A stretch of 64,000 bases of DNA, from positions 5,774 through 69,773 of the forward strand of contig CAZJRM010000001.1 in assembly GCA_964547975.1 (NCBI GenBank), given 5' to 3'. Of this stretch, positions 9,749-19,431 are shown in pieces (the stretch's first letter is position 1; every line of letters starts with the position of its first letter). Both the position numbers and the translations under genes were made by a program. The notes below the pieces were generated by a model. That model was not told the origin of the DNA. It was given only the letters and a program-made list of their open reading frames with translations, and made no database searches. The stretch is from an uncultured Vicinamibacterales bacterium (GTDB lineage Bacteria > Acidobacteriota > Vicinamibacteria > Vicinamibacterales > JAKQTR01).

Positions 9749-10534
9749 GTGGCTGACGGATGGAAGGGCTGGGACGACTACGCGGCGTTCTACGACTGGG
9801 AGAACGCGCAGACGATGGGCCGGCGGGACGTCCGGTTCTGGGAGACTCTCGCCCGGCGAACCGGCGGCCACATCCTCGAACTGGGGTGCGGGACCGGGCG
9901 GATCACGCTGCCGCTGGCCCGGACGGGCGCGCGCGTCGTGGGAATCGACCGATCCGAGTCGATGCTCGCCCGGGCACACGAGCGCGTCAGGCGTTCGCGG
10001 TTGCCCGGCCGGCCTGGCCTCGTGCGCGGTGATATCACCGCCTTGCCGTTTCCCTCGTCGAGTTTCGACCTCGTGGCCGCGCCGTACGGCATCCTGCAGT
10101 CGTTGCTCGACGACCGCGTGCTGACGGCGACGTTGGCCTCGGTGGCTCGTGTGCTGAAGCCGGGCGCCACGTTTGGAATCGACCTGGTTTCGGACCTGCC
10201 GGCGTGGCAGGAGTACGAAAACCGCACCAAACTGCAGGGCACACGCGGAACCGGCCGCAACCAGGTCCGGATCACGCTGGTCGAGTCCGTCCGTCAGCAG
10301 CGCCGGAAGGGCCTGACCACGTTCGACCAGGAGTTCATCGAGCGTCGGGGCCGAGAGACGCGGCGGCATCGGTTCACGCTGTCATTCCGGACCCTGTCGG
10401 TCGAAGACATGGCGTCGCGGTTGGAGCGGGCCGGATTCCGTGTGAAAGCGGTGCTGGGCGATTACCGTGGCGGCGCGTGGGACGACCGCGCCGACGTCTG
10501 GCTGATCCTCGCCGAACGCCGCTGCCCCGCGTGA
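9749..10534 (+). CDS. Class I SAM-dependent methyltransferase
   Basis: Motif I ILELGCGTGRIT, plus the post-I and motif II/III pattern. GTG start preceded by TGGAG. Confidence 0.8.
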   Translation: MADGWKGWDDYAAFYDWENAQTMGRRDVRFWETLARRTGGHILELGCGTGRITLPLARTGARVVGIDRSESMLARAHERVRRSRLPGRPGLVRGDITALPFPSSSFDLVAAPYGILQSLLDDRVLTATLASVARVLKPGATFGIDLVSDLPAWQEYENRTKLQGTRGTGRNQVRITLVESVRQQRRKGLTTFDQEFIERRGRETRRHRFTLSFRTLSVEDMASRLERAGFRVKAVLGDYRGGAWDDRADVWLILAERRCPA

Positions 10535-10538
10535 CCCG

Positions 10539-10558
10539 AGGGTCAGGCCCCTTTTCTC
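10539..10558 (+). terminator. Weak hairpin + CCCCTTTTCTC tail immediately after the stop codon
   Basis: AGGG/CCCT stem followed by a T-run. The CCCCTTT(T)CT motif recurs after three + strand stops. Confidence 0.3.
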
Positions 10559-10588
10559 ATCTTCGTCTCATTTTGGGGAGAACCGTCC

Positions 10589-10891
10589 GTGAAGGTCCTG
10601 ATCGACATCTCCGTCGTGCCCATCGGCGTTGGGCTGTCACTCTCGAAGTACGTGGCCGCCTGCGAGCGCATCTTCGCCGACGCCGGGTTGACGACGCGTC
10701 TCCACGCCTACGGGACGAACGTCGAAGGTGAATGGGATCAAGTGTTTGCAGCGGTCAAGCGCTGTCACGAGGTCCTGCACGACATGGGAGCCCCGCGTCT
10801 CTCGACGGTGATCAAGGCCGGCACCAGGACCGACAGGTCCCAAACGCTGGACGACAAGGTTCAGAGCGTCGAGGCGAAGCTCCGGGGGTGA
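10589..10891 (+). CDS. MTH1187/YkoF-family (DUF77) thiamine-binding-like protein
   Basis: 100-aa ORF. MKVLIDISVVPIGVG..YVAAC..L..HAYGTNVEGEW matches the family pattern. Confidence 0.7.
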   Translation: MKVLIDISVVPIGVGLSLSKYVAACERIFADAGLTTRLHAYGTNVEGEWDQVFAAVKRCHEVLHDMGAPRLSTVIKAGTRTDRSQTLDDKVQSVEAKLRG

Positions 10892-10908
10892 CCCCTGACC
10901 CCTTTCTC
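10885..10908 (+). terminator. GGGG-TGA-CCCC mini-hairpin + CCCCTTTCTC tail
   Basis: The stop codon sits in the loop, and the motif is shared with 10548-10558 and 17449-17503. Confidence 0.3.
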
Positions 10909-11045
10909 CACCCAACCCGAGACGGGTCGCGGGTGTCTCACATAGCGGTCAACTCGCGCGGAACCAGCGCGTGTCCCCCGGCCAAGTCGGGACGGGCCGC
11001 TGGCTCGGGATTTGCTGCCATCCCAGCGGAGGTCGGAGGAGCATC

Positions 11046-11786
11046 ATGCGCAGACGTTCCCTGCTGTACGGCGTGGCGTTCGTCCTGTTGTGGCACGGTC
11101 TTGCCGCTGCGCAGCAGTGGCCGGCGTCGGCGCTCGCGCTCCGCACGAATGGCGGCGCGCTGAAGTCCGGCGACTGCGTCCGGTTGACCCTCGTGGCGAC
11201 CGAGGACGTGCCCGGTCCCCTCACGCCAACGGTGTCCTACGCCTTCGACCAGTCCGTGACGGTCGAGGACGAGGAGGGGCGCCGGACCCAGACAACGCGC
11301 CGGGCTACGGTCGAACGGCGCGCTGGCCCGGCCTTCGATCGCCTCATGGCCGGCAGTTCTCTCGTCCTGGACGACGCGTTCTGTTTCGGCCAGGACAGCC
11401 GGCCCGGGGTGTACGACATCTCGGTTCACCTCACGACCTCGGCGGTGCCGGTGGCGAGATTGACGACGTGTGTCAGTGTTTTCGCCGACGAGGCCACCTC
11501 GTCGGACGGGTGCGGCTTCGCCCTCCGAGGTGTCCTTCGCCGCGACGGCGACACGGTCGTCCTTGACGCGCCCGGCGGCGGCGGCGTGTTGTCGCGGGTG
11601 CTCGTCTTTCGCGGGGACGCGTTGTTGAAGGTCGTCGATCATGGCATCGCGGCCTCCGGCCCGGGTGAACTCGTCGCGCCCGCGTCGGTCTTCGACCCGC
11701 TGGGCTCGGCGCCCGTGGACCTGGTGCTGCAGGACCAGTCGGGGAACCGGTCGGCCAGCGTGGTCCGGGTGACGATCCCGCGTTGA
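11046..11786 (+). CDS. Secreted hypothetical protein
   Basis: I trimmed the track ORF to ATG 11046 (MRRRSLLYGVAFVLLWHGLAAAQQ signal peptide). I recognise no motif. Confidence 0.5.
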   Translation: MRRRSLLYGVAFVLLWHGLAAAQQWPASALALRTNGGALKSGDCVRLTLVATEDVPGPLTPTVSYAFDQSVTVEDEEGRRTQTTRRATVERRAGPAFDRLMAGSSLVLDDAFCFGQDSRPGVYDISVHLTTSAVPVARLTTCVSVFADEATSSDGCGFALRGVLRRDGDTVVLDAPGGGGVLSRVLVFRGDALLKVVDHGIAASGPGELVAPASVFDPLGSAPVDLVLQDQSGNRSASVVRVTIPR

Positions 11787-11855
11787 CGTCTTCCGAGGTT
11801 CGTTTCGCTGGCGTCGGTCGTGGGGTAGACTGTGGGCTCACACTCAGGAGCCCCG

Positions 11856-12302
11856 ATGTCTCTGCCGGAGCGCCGCCGCGCGAACTACTGGTTCGTCACC
11901 GCTTGTGTGCTGCTGTTGTTGACCGGGTTGGCGCATTCGCTCGGCCATTTCGCTGAGCCGCCGGCGGATCCTGAGACCGTGGGGCTGATCTCGGCCCTGC
12001 GCGGGTACCGGGTCCAGATGCCAGACGCGGGGCTCGGCCTGGCGCCCACCCAATGGGACGTCCACCAATCGCTGTCGCTGACGATGAGCGTCAGCCTGTT
12101 CTGGCTGGCGGTCGTGGGACTGGTGGTCGCGTTTTCCGACATGGGGCGGCGCACGGTCCAGCGTGTCACGGCGGTCTACATCCTGGCGAACGGCGTTCTT
12201 GCGGGCCTGTTTCTCTACTACAACCTGGCGCTGCCGTTTCTCTCGCTTGGACTCGTGGAACTGGTCCTGGTGACCGCCTACGCGCGCGCCCCGAGGGGCT
12301 GA
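11856..12302 (+). CDS. Hypothetical integral membrane protein (about 4 TM)
   Basis: ATG 11856 is preceded by AGGAG. Hydrophobic segments are present (YWFVTACVLLLLTGLAHSLGHF etc.). Confidence 0.5.
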   Translation: MSLPERRRANYWFVTACVLLLLTGLAHSLGHFAEPPADPETVGLISALRGYRVQMPDAGLGLAPTQWDVHQSLSLTMSVSLFWLAVVGLVVAFSDMGRRTVQRVTAVYILANGVLAGLFLYYNLALPFLSLGLVELVLVTAYARAPRG

Positions 12303-12323
12303 CGCGGGCCCGGGCCATCCAAG

Positions 12324-12353
12324 TTGTTGTCCCTAAAGCCGATATGGTAGGAT
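12324..12353 (+). promoter_or_regulatory. Candidate sigma70-type promoter for yebC-ruvCAB (TTGTTG-18-TAGGAT)
   Basis: The only AT-richer stretch upstream of yebC. The hexamers were read by eye. Confidence 0.3.
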
Positions 12354-12404
12354 TTTCAGGCACTTTTTCGCCCGAATTCCCTCTGAACAGCCTGGAGTTT
12401 CACC

Positions 12405-13151
12405 ATGTCTGGCCATTCAAAGTGGCACACCATCAAGCACAAGAAAGGCGCTGCCGACGCCAAGCGCGGCCGTGTCTTCACCCGGATCATCAAGGAACTG
12501 ACCGTGGCCGCCCGCGCCGGCGGCGGTGACCCGGAAACCAACCCGCGCCTGCGCACGATCGTGGCGGAGGCGAAGCAGGTCAACATGCCCGCCGACAACA
12601 TCAAGCGGGCCATTCGTCGGGGCACCGGTGAAGAGCCTGGCGTCCAGTACGAAGAAGTGACCTACGAAGGGTACGGTCCGGGCGGCGTGGCCTTGATGAT
12701 CGAGGCGATGACGGACAACAAGAACCGCACGGTGGGTGAGATCCGGCATCTGCTCGGCAAGTACGGCGGGAACCTGGGCGAAACCAACAGCGTGCGCCGC
12801 ATGTTCGACAAGAAGGGCTACATCGTCATCGAGAAGGCGAAGGCCTCCGAAGACACCCTGATGAACGCGGTGCTCGATGCCGGTGCGGACGACCTCGTGG
12901 ACGACGGCGACAGCTGGGAAGTGCTGAGCGCGCCGGACGCGTACCCGGCCGTCAAGGAAGCCATCGACAAGCTCGGCATCGAGACGCTCGAGGCACGCGT
13001 GTCCATGCTGCCGAACCTCACGGTGCCGCTGGAAGGCAAACCCGCGCAGAGCTGCCTCAAGCTGCTCGACATGCTCGAGGACCACGACGACGTCCAGCAC
13101 GTGTGGTCGAACGCCGACATCCCCGAGAAGGAGATCGAGGCGTTCGAGTGA
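12405..13151 (+). CDS. yebC: YebC/PmpR-family transcriptional regulator
   Basis: MSGHSKWHTIKHKKGAADAKRG.. N-terminus and full-length family pattern. Confidence 0.95.
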   Translation: MSGHSKWHTIKHKKGAADAKRGRVFTRIIKELTVAARAGGGDPETNPRLRTIVAEAKQVNMPADNIKRAIRRGTGEEPGVQYEEVTYEGYGPGGVALMIEAMTDNKNRTVGEIRHLLGKYGGNLGETNSVRRMFDKKGYIVIEKAKASEDTLMNAVLDAGADDLVDDGDSWEVLSAPDAYPAVKEAIDKLGIETLEARVSMLPNLTVPLEGKPAQSCLKLLDMLEDHDDVQHVWSNADIPEKEIEAFE

Positions 13152-13696
13152 AGGTGTTCGGGATAGATCCGGGTTCCGAGCGCACGGGATACGGCTGCAT
13201 CGAGACCGACGGCAGCCGTCACCGGCTGGTCGTCTGCGGGGCGGTGACGACATCGCCCCGCTCGTCGTTTCCGGACAAACTTCTCGTCATCCACCAGGCC
13301 CTGCGCCGGTTGCTCGCTGAGCATCGGCCCGACTGCGTGGCGGTGGAGAACGTGTTCTACGCGAAGAACGTGCGTAGCGCGCTGAAACTGGGGCACGCCC
13401 GCGGGATCGCGCTGCTGGCGGCGGTCGAGGGCGGCTATCCGCTGTTCGAATACACGCCGGCGGAGATCAAGCGAACGGTCGTCGGCTACGGCCGCGCAGA
13501 GAAACCGCAGGTGGGGGAGATGGTGCGGCTGATGCTGGGCCTCGACGCGGCGCCAACGCCGCACGACGCGTCGGACGCGCTCGCGGCGGCCATCTGCCAC
13601 GTGCACAGCACCCACGGCCTGGCGCAGGCGGCCCTGGCCGAGGCCGCGCGGGGCGCACGCAAGGCGCCGAAGAGCTGGCGCGAGTACCGGCCATGA
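13148..13696 (+). CDS. ruvC: Holliday junction resolvase RuvC
   Basis: GTG start at 13148 (GTGA overlap with the yebC stop). VFGIDPGSERTGYG and the conserved acidic catalytic pattern are present. Confidence 0.9.
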   Translation: MKVFGIDPGSERTGYGCIETDGSRHRLVVCGAVTTSPRSSFPDKLLVIHQALRRLLAEHRPDCVAVENVFYAKNVRSALKLGHARGIALLAAVEGGYPLFEYTPAEIKRTVVGYGRAEKPQVGEMVRLMLGLDAAPTPHDASDALAAAICHVHSTHGLAQAALAEAARGARKAPKSWREYRP

Positions 13697-14298
13697 TTGC
13701 CTCCCTGCGCGGGCGCCTCGCCGACAAGCAGCCGAACCGCCTGGTGGTGGACGTGAACGGCGTGGGCTACGAGGTGTTCGTCCCGCTGTCGACGTTCTAC
13801 CGCGTGGCGGACGTCGGCCAGGACGTGTCGCTGCTCGTGCACACGCACGTGCGCGAAGACACGTTGGCGCTGTATGGGTTCGGGACGTCGTTCGAGCAGC
13901 AGGTGTTCGAGCGGCTGATTGGCGTCAGCGGCATCGGTCCGCGCCTGGCGCTTGCGGTCCTGTCCGGCATCGAAGCCGGCGACTTCGTCCGGTCGGTGCA
14001 GACGGGCGATCTGGCGCGGCTTACGGCGATTCCGGGCGTCGGCAAGAAGACGGCCGAGCGCATGGTGCTCGAACTCAAGGACCGCCTGCCGCTCGGCGGC
14101 GCGCCCGGGCCGACGGCGGGGCCGGAAGACGGCGCACCCGCGGACGCCCTGCGGCGCGACCTGCTCTCGGCGCTGTTGAACCTGGGGTATCATCGCCCCC
14201 TCGCCGAGAAGGCCGTGGATGGGGCGCTCAAGCGCGCGGAGTCGCCGAGCTTCGAGACGGTGCTCAAGCAGGCGCTGCGCGACCTGGCGCGCGGATAA
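13693..14298 (+). CDS. ruvA: Holliday junction branch-migration complex subunit RuvA
   Basis: MIASLRGRL..VDVNGVGYEV, HhH motifs (IPGVGKKTAERM). ATGA overlap with ruvC. Confidence 0.95.
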   Translation: MIASLRGRLADKQPNRLVVDVNGVGYEVFVPLSTFYRVADVGQDVSLLVHTHVREDTLALYGFGTSFEQQVFERLIGVSGIGPRLALAVLSGIEAGDFVRSVQTGDLARLTAIPGVGKKTAERMVLELKDRLPLGGAPGPTAGPEDGAPADALRRDLLSALLNLGYHRPLAEKAVDGALKRAESPSFETVLKQALRDLARG

Positions 14299-14310
14299 CG
14301 GACAGGGAAC

Positions 14311-15333
14311 GTGGACGACGACGACCGACTGGTGACGCCGACGCGCGCGGACGACGACGCGCAGTACGAGGCGGGGCTGCGGCCCCGGACGCTCGACGAG
14401 TACATCGGGCAGGACCGCGTCCGCGAGAACCTCCACGTGTCGATTACCGCCGCCGTGCAGCGCCGCGAAGCGCTCGACCACGTGCTGCTCTACGGGCCGC
14501 CCGGCCTCGGCAAGACGACGCTGGCCTACGTCATCGGCAACGAACTGGGCGTGTCGGTGCGGTCCACGTCGGGCCCGGTGCTGGAGAAACCCGGCGATCT
14601 CGCGGCCATCCTGACGAACCTCAAGGAGCGCGAGGTCCTCTTCATCGACGAAATCCACCGGATGGCGCCGACGATCGAAGAGATCCTCTACCCGGCGCTC
14701 GAGGACTACGAACTCGACATCGTCATCGGCCAGGGGCCGGCGGCGCGTTCGGTGAAGGTGCCGCTGCAGAAGTTCACGCTCATCGGTGCGACGACGCGCG
14801 CGGGGCTGCTGACCTCGCCGCTGCGCAGCCGCTTCGGAATCGTGCACCGGCTGGATTTCTACACGAACCAGGACCTCGAGGAAATCGTGCGACGCTCGGC
14901 GCGGATCCTCGGTGTGCCCATCAGCGACGAGGCCGCGGGCGAGATCGCGCGCCGTTCGCGCGGGACCCCGCGTATCACGAACCGCCTGCTGCGCCGCGTG
15001 CGCGACTACGCGCAGGTGCGCGCGTCCGGGGACATCACCACCGAGGCGACGCGCGCGGCGCTCACGATGCTCGAGGTCGACGAGCACGGGTTCGACGAAA
15101 TCGACCGGCGGCTGCTGAGGACCATCATCGACAAGTTCGGCGGCGGGCCCGTCGGCGTCAATACGATCGCGGCGGCGATCAGCGAAGAGAAAGACGCCAT
15201 CGAGGACATCTACGAGCCGTTCCTCATTCAAATCGGGTTTCTCGATCGGACGCCACGGGGCCGGGTGGCCACGGCGCGTGCGTATCAGTTCTTCGGGTTG
15301 AAAGCCCCAGGGAAGGATTCGAGACTGTGGTAA
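14311..15333 (+). CDS. ruvB: Holliday junction DNA helicase RuvB
   Basis: Walker [12 protein letters not shown], Walker B LFIDEIHR, sensor motifs. Confidence 0.95.
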   Translation: MDDDDRLVTPTRADDDAQYEAGLRPRTLDEYIGQDRVRENLHVSITAAVQRREALDHVLLYGPPGLGKTTLAYVIGNELGVSVRSTSGPVLEKPGDLAAILTNLKEREVLFIDEIHRMAPTIEEILYPALEDYELDIVIGQGPAARSVKVPLQKFTLIGATTRAGLLTSPLRSRFGIVHRLDFYTNQDLEEIVRRSARILGVPISDEAAGEIARRSRGTPRITNRLLRRVRDYAQVRASGDITTEATRAALTMLEVDEHGFDEIDRRLLRTIIDKFGGGPVGVNTIAAAISEEKDAIEDIYEPFLIQIGFLDRTPRGRVATARAYQFFGLKAPGKDSRLW

Positions 15334-16334
15334 ACGCAAGACAGGTTCGACCGACACGGATCAGCGCGCTCGCGACCTACGTGCCGCCGGGCATCCTCGA
15401 CAATCACATGCTCAGCCAGATGGTCGAGACCACCGACGAGTGGATTCTGCAGCGGACCGGCATCAAGACGCGGCACATCGCCGAGAAGGGCGTGGGCACG
15501 TCCGAGCTGGCCGCCGAGGCGGCGAAGCGGGCCATCGCGCAGCGCGGCATCTCGCCGACCGCCATCGACCTGGTCATCGTCGGCACGACGACGCCGGACA
15601 TGATGTTTCCGAGCACGGCCGCGCTCGTGCAGGACAAGATCGGAGCGAAGACGTGCTGGGGGTTCGACCTCGCCGCCGCGTGCTCCGGGTTCACGTTCTC
15701 GCTGGCGGCAGCCAGCCAGATGGTGGCGACGGGCACCCACAACTGCGCGCTCGTCATCGGCGCGGACGTCATGTCGAGCATCATCGACTACACGGACCGC
15801 ACCACGTGCGTCCTGTTCGGTGACGGCGCCGGCGCCGTGCTCGTGGAACCCGCGGTCGAGGACGGCCTCGAGATCATCGACTTCGCCAACACGATCGACG
15901 GCAGCGGGCGCGATGCGCTCCAGATGCCGGGCGGCGGCAGCCTCCACCCCGCGTCTCACGAGACCGTCGACAAGAAGCTGCACTACATCCGGCAAGACGG
16001 CCAGGCTGTCTTCAAGTTCGCCGTCCGCAACACCGAGGAGATCAGCCGCACCATCATGGAGCGGAATCACGTCACGGCCGAGGACATCGCGATGTTCGTG
16101 TCGCATCAGGCCAACCGGCGCATCATCATGTCGGCGGCCGACCGTCTCGGGTTCCCCGAGTCGAAGGTGATGCTGAACATCGCCGACTACGGCAACACGA
16201 CGGCGGCGACGATTCCGCTGGCGCTCAACGACGCGCTGGCGCAGGGCCGGATCAAGAAGGGCGACCTCGTGCTGTTGACATCGGTGGGAGCCGGCTTCAC
16301 GGTCGGGTCCGTGTTGCTGCGCTGGGCGTTCTAG
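15327..16334 (+). CDS. fabH: 3-oxoacyl-ACP synthase III (FabH)
   Basis: TSDEWI-like [12 protein letters not shown], active-site Cys in AAACSGF, HQAN, GNTTAAT. The start is uncertain (GTG 15327 overlaps the ruvB end). Confidence 0.9.
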   Translation: MVNARQVRPTRISALATYVPPGILDNHMLSQMVETTDEWILQRTGIKTRHIAEKGVGTSELAAEAAKRAIAQRGISPTAIDLVIVGTTTPDMMFPSTAALVQDKIGAKTCWGFDLAAACSGFTFSLAAASQMVATGTHNCALVIGADVMSSIIDYTDRTTCVLFGDGAGAVLVEPAVEDGLEIIDFANTIDGSGRDALQMPGGGSLHPASHETVDKKLHYIRQDGQAVFKFAVRNTEEISRTIMERNHVTAEDIAMFVSHQANRRIIMSAADRLGFPESKVMLNIADYGNTTAATIPLALNDALAQGRIKKGDLVLLTSVGAGFTVGSVLLRWAF

Positions 16335-16347
16335 GCGGCGGACAGGG

Positions 16348-16373
16348 CGTGGGGCAGGCCTTTCAGGCCTGCC
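16348..16373 (+). repeat. REP-like hairpin copy R2 (CGTGG + GGCAGGCC / TTTCA / GGCCTGCC)
   Basis: Inverted repeat between the fabH stop and the queA start, read directly. Confidence 0.8.
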
Positions 16374-16384
16374 AGACTCGATAC

Positions 16385-17431
16385 GTGAAGGTCTCCGACT
16401 TCGTTTTCGACCTCCCCGAGCGCCTGATCGCGCAGTTCCCGCCCGAGGTCCGCGGCGCATCGCGGTTGCTCGTCCTCGAGCGGGCGCCCGGCGCCGTCAC
16501 GCACGCGTCGATGGCCGACCTGCCGCGCTGGCTGCGTCCCGGCGACGTGCTCGTGGCCAACGACACGCGCGTGTTCCCGGCGCGCCTGCTCGGGACGCGC
16601 GAGCCCGGCGGCGGCGAAGTCGAGTGCCTGCTGGTCTCTCGGGTAGACGAGGCGCACTGGGAGGCGCTCGTGCATCCCGGGCAGCGGATGAAGCCCGGGC
16701 GCCGCCTGCGATTCGAGCGGGCCGGGTTCGTCCTTCACGGCGAGGTGCTCGAGCAGCGATTCTTCGGCCGGCGCCTCGTGCGACTGTGGACCGACGGGGC
16801 GGGGCCGGTGATGCCGGTCGTCGAGGCCATCGGACACATCCCGCTGCCACCCTATATCCACCGACCGGACCTCGACCTCGATCGCGACCGGTATCAGACG
16901 GTATTCGCGCGCGAGACCGGTTCGATCGCGGCGCCGACGGCAGGTCTGCATTTCACGCCGGAGTTGCTGGCTTCGCTTGAGGCGATGGGCGTCGAGCGCG
17001 TGCATGTCACGCTGCACGTGGGTTACGGCACGTTCAAGCCCGTCCGCGTGGAGGACGTCGAGACGCACACCGTGGACCCGGAGCGGTATTCGATTTCGCC
17101 AGACGCGGCGGCGTCCATCAACCGCGCGCTCGACCAGGGGCGGCGCGTGGTGGCGGTGGGGACGACGACGACCCGGGCGCTGGAGTCGTCAGCGCTGGCG
17201 GGGGGCGGAAGAGTCGTGGCGGGCGAGGCCGAGGCGTCGCTGTTCATCTACCCCGGGCATGGGTTTCAGGTGGTCGGCGCCCTGGTCACGAACTTCCACC
17301 TGCCCGGGTCGTCGCTGCTGATGCTGGTGGGGGCGTTCGGGGGCGTGGACCCCGTCATGCGCGCCTACGCTGAAGCTGTGAGGCAGGAATACCGATTCTA
17401 CAGCTACGGGGATGCCACGCTCGTGGTGTGA
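16385..17431 (+). CDS. queA: S-adenosylmethionine:tRNA ribosyltransferase-isomerase QueA
   Basis: GTG start. VSDFVFDLPERLIAQ.P, HFTPELL, AVGTTTTRALES, FYSYGDA. Confidence 0.9.
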   Translation: MKVSDFVFDLPERLIAQFPPEVRGASRLLVLERAPGAVTHASMADLPRWLRPGDVLVANDTRVFPARLLGTREPGGGEVECLLVSRVDEAHWEALVHPGQRMKPGRRLRFERAGFVLHGEVLEQRFFGRRLVRLWTDGAGPVMPVVEAIGHIPLPPYIHRPDLDLDRDRYQTVFARETGSIAAPTAGLHFTPELLASLEAMGVERVHVTLHVGYGTFKPVRVEDVETHTVDPERYSISPDAAASINRALDQGRRVVAVGTTTTRALESSALAGGGRVVAGEAEASLFIYPGHGFQVVGALVTNFHLPGSSLLMLVGAFGGVDPVMRAYAEAVRQEYRFYSYGDATLVV

Positions 17432-17502
17432 CCTAAAAGGGGGCCTGTCCCCCTTTCTGTTGGCGGGCGGTCAGACCTAAAAGGGGGCCTGTCCCCCTTT
17501 CT
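17430..17502 (+). terminator. Tandem duplicate (44-nt offset) of a 29-nt unit; each copy holds an AAAGGGGG-CCTGT-CCCCCTTT hairpin
   Basis: The units at 17430-17458 and 17474-17502 are identical. Each has a perfect 8-bp stem. The first copy starts inside the queA stop codon. Confidence 0.6.
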
Positions 17503-17515
17503 CCGCGGTCGGGCT

Positions 17516-18439
17516 TTGCGGATCGTGCGGCCGCGGCGTAACATTCGTCGAACGAGGGCCATACCTGTCGTGACTTCGACTCTTCCTCCGACTCCATCCG
17601 GCGAATGGCAGTCTCCTGACGACCCGTTCGCCTGGCTGTCGGGCTCACAGAGCCTGGCGGTTCCCGCGCTGCCCGACGTGGCGCAACGGGTCGTGTCGCT
17701 GACGTCCGACCCGGAGATCCCCGTCTTCCGGCTGTCGGACCTCGTCGCCAAGGACCAGGTGCTGGCGTCGCGCGTGCTGGCCATGGCCAACTCCGCGTTC
17801 AGTTCGCCGGCGATGTTCATCTCCACGATCCAGGACGCGGTCGTCCGCCTCGGCACCGGCGCGGTGCGCAACGTCGTGCTCGCCGTCAGCCTGACGTCGC
17901 GGATGCAGGACAAGAACGTCTACGGCTCGCGCGGGCGCGACCTGTTCGATCACGCGCTCGGAGCCGCCTACATGGCGCGCCTGATTGCCTCGGATGTCGA
18001 CGTCGACGCCGACGAGGCCTTCCTCTGCGGGTTGATGCACGACATCGGCAAGCTGGTCATCCTGAAACTCGCCTACGATCACAACCGCGCGCACGACGAC
18101 AAGGTGACCGACGCCGTCCTCGACCAGGCGCTGAAGGAACGGCACGCGATGATGGGCGGCCTGGCCCTACGCCGATGGCACATGCCCGAGTCGGTCGACG
18201 ACCCGGTGATGTTCCATCACGACTTCCTGTCGGCGCCGCGCCGTCAGCGGGAAGCCGCGGTCTGCTACCTCGGCAACCGGCTGTGCCACCGCTACGGGTT
18301 CGGTTGCCCTAAAGACGAGGAGAGCGACCTCGAATCGGACCCGGTGCTCGCGTATCTCGGCCTGACCGCCGAGTGGCTGGCCGCCGCTGACGCGAAGGCG
18401 CCCGGCCTCTTCAGTGTCGCTCGCTCCACGATGGGGTAA
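17516..18439 (+). CDS. HDOD domain-containing signalling protein
   Basis: LPALPDVAQRVVSLTSDPE..LSDLVAKDQVLASRVLAMANSA and LCGLMHDIGKLV motifs. The start codon is uncertain (TTG 17516). Confidence 0.7.
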   Translation: MRIVRPRRNIRRTRAIPVVTSTLPPTPSGEWQSPDDPFAWLSGSQSLAVPALPDVAQRVVSLTSDPEIPVFRLSDLVAKDQVLASRVLAMANSAFSSPAMFISTIQDAVVRLGTGAVRNVVLAVSLTSRMQDKNVYGSRGRDLFDHALGAAYMARLIASDVDVDADEAFLCGLMHDIGKLVILKLAYDHNRAHDDKVTDAVLDQALKERHAMMGGLALRRWHMPESVDDPVMFHHDFLSAPRRQREAAVCYLGNRLCHRYGFGCPKDEESDLESDPVLAYLGLTAEWLAAADAKAPGLFSVARSTMG

Positions 18440-18474
18440 CCCCCAGAGGGCCCCGCCACCACCCGGGAGACCGC

Positions 18475-19431
18475 GTGAGCCAGTTTCCGTACGAAGAGTT
18501 CGACCTCTCGGGCGTCCGCACGTATCCGCTCGCCTCGCGCAAGAGCAAGGCGAACGCCGCCGATTTCGGCCGCCCGTACGCGCGCGGCTCCGGCGTCGCC
18601 GCGTGGCTCGACAGCCTGCCCAACATGCTCGGCGCCGCGGACTTGCGGGCCGTCGTCACGGCGATCCTCCAGACGCGCGCACGCGGCGGAGGCATCATCT
18701 GGGGATTCGGTGGCCACGTCATCAAGACCGGCCTCGCGCCGGTCCTCATCGACCTCGCGGAACACGGGTTCGTGTCGGCGTTCGCCACCAACGGCGCGGG
18801 CATCATCCACGACTTCGAGATCGCCCTCGGCGGCGCGACCTCCGAAGACGTCGATGACGCACTGGGGCCGGGGCAGTTCGGCATGGCCGACGAAACCGGG
18901 CGGCTGCTCAACCGCGCGATCAACGACGGCGCGAGGGCCGGTCTCGGTCTCGGCCAGGCGGTCGGCGCGTTTCTGAAGGCCAGCGACGCACCGTACGCGC
19001 ATCTCAGTCTCGCGGCGTCCGCGGCGCGCCTCGGTCTTCCGCTGACGGCGCACGTCGCCCTGGGCACCGACATCATTCACATGCACCCGGACGCGTCCGG
19101 CTCCGCCATCGGAGAGACGAGCCTGCGGGACTTCCGCTACTTCGTGTCGAACGTCGCCCGGCTCGACGGCGGTGTCTACCTGAACTGCGGCTCGGCCGTC
19201 GTACTGCCCGAAGTCTTCCTGAAGGCCGTCGCGCTGGCGCGCAATCAGGGCCGTCCCCTGACCGGATTGACGACGGTCAACCTGGACTTCATGCGGCTCT
19301 ACCGTCCGATGACGAACGTGGTGGTGCGTCCGCCGAAGGGGACCGGCGGCAAGGGCTACAGCCTGGTCGGTCACCACGAGATCCTGATCCCGCTCCTCGC
19401 GGCGGCGCTGATCGAGGGACTCGAGCGCTAG
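18475..19431 (+). CDS. Deoxyhypusine synthase-like family protein
   Basis: 318-aa ORF. GFGGHVIKTGLAPVLIDL..FATNGAGIIHDFE resembles the Rossmann-type pattern of bacterial DHS-like proteins. The assignment is from memory of the family. Confidence 0.55.
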   Translation: MSQFPYEEFDLSGVRTYPLASRKSKANAADFGRPYARGSGVAAWLDSLPNMLGAADLRAVVTAILQTRARGGGIIWGFGGHVIKTGLAPVLIDLAEHGFVSAFATNGAGIIHDFEIALGGATSEDVDDALGPGQFGMADETGRLLNRAINDGARAGLGLGQAVGAFLKASDAPYAHLSLAASAARLGLPLTAHVALGTDIIHMHPDASGSAIGETSLRDFRYFVSNVARLDGGVYLNCGSAVVLPEVFLKAVALARNQGRPLTGLTTVNLDFMRLYRPMTNVVVRPPKGTGGKGYSLVGHHEILIPLLAAALIEGLER

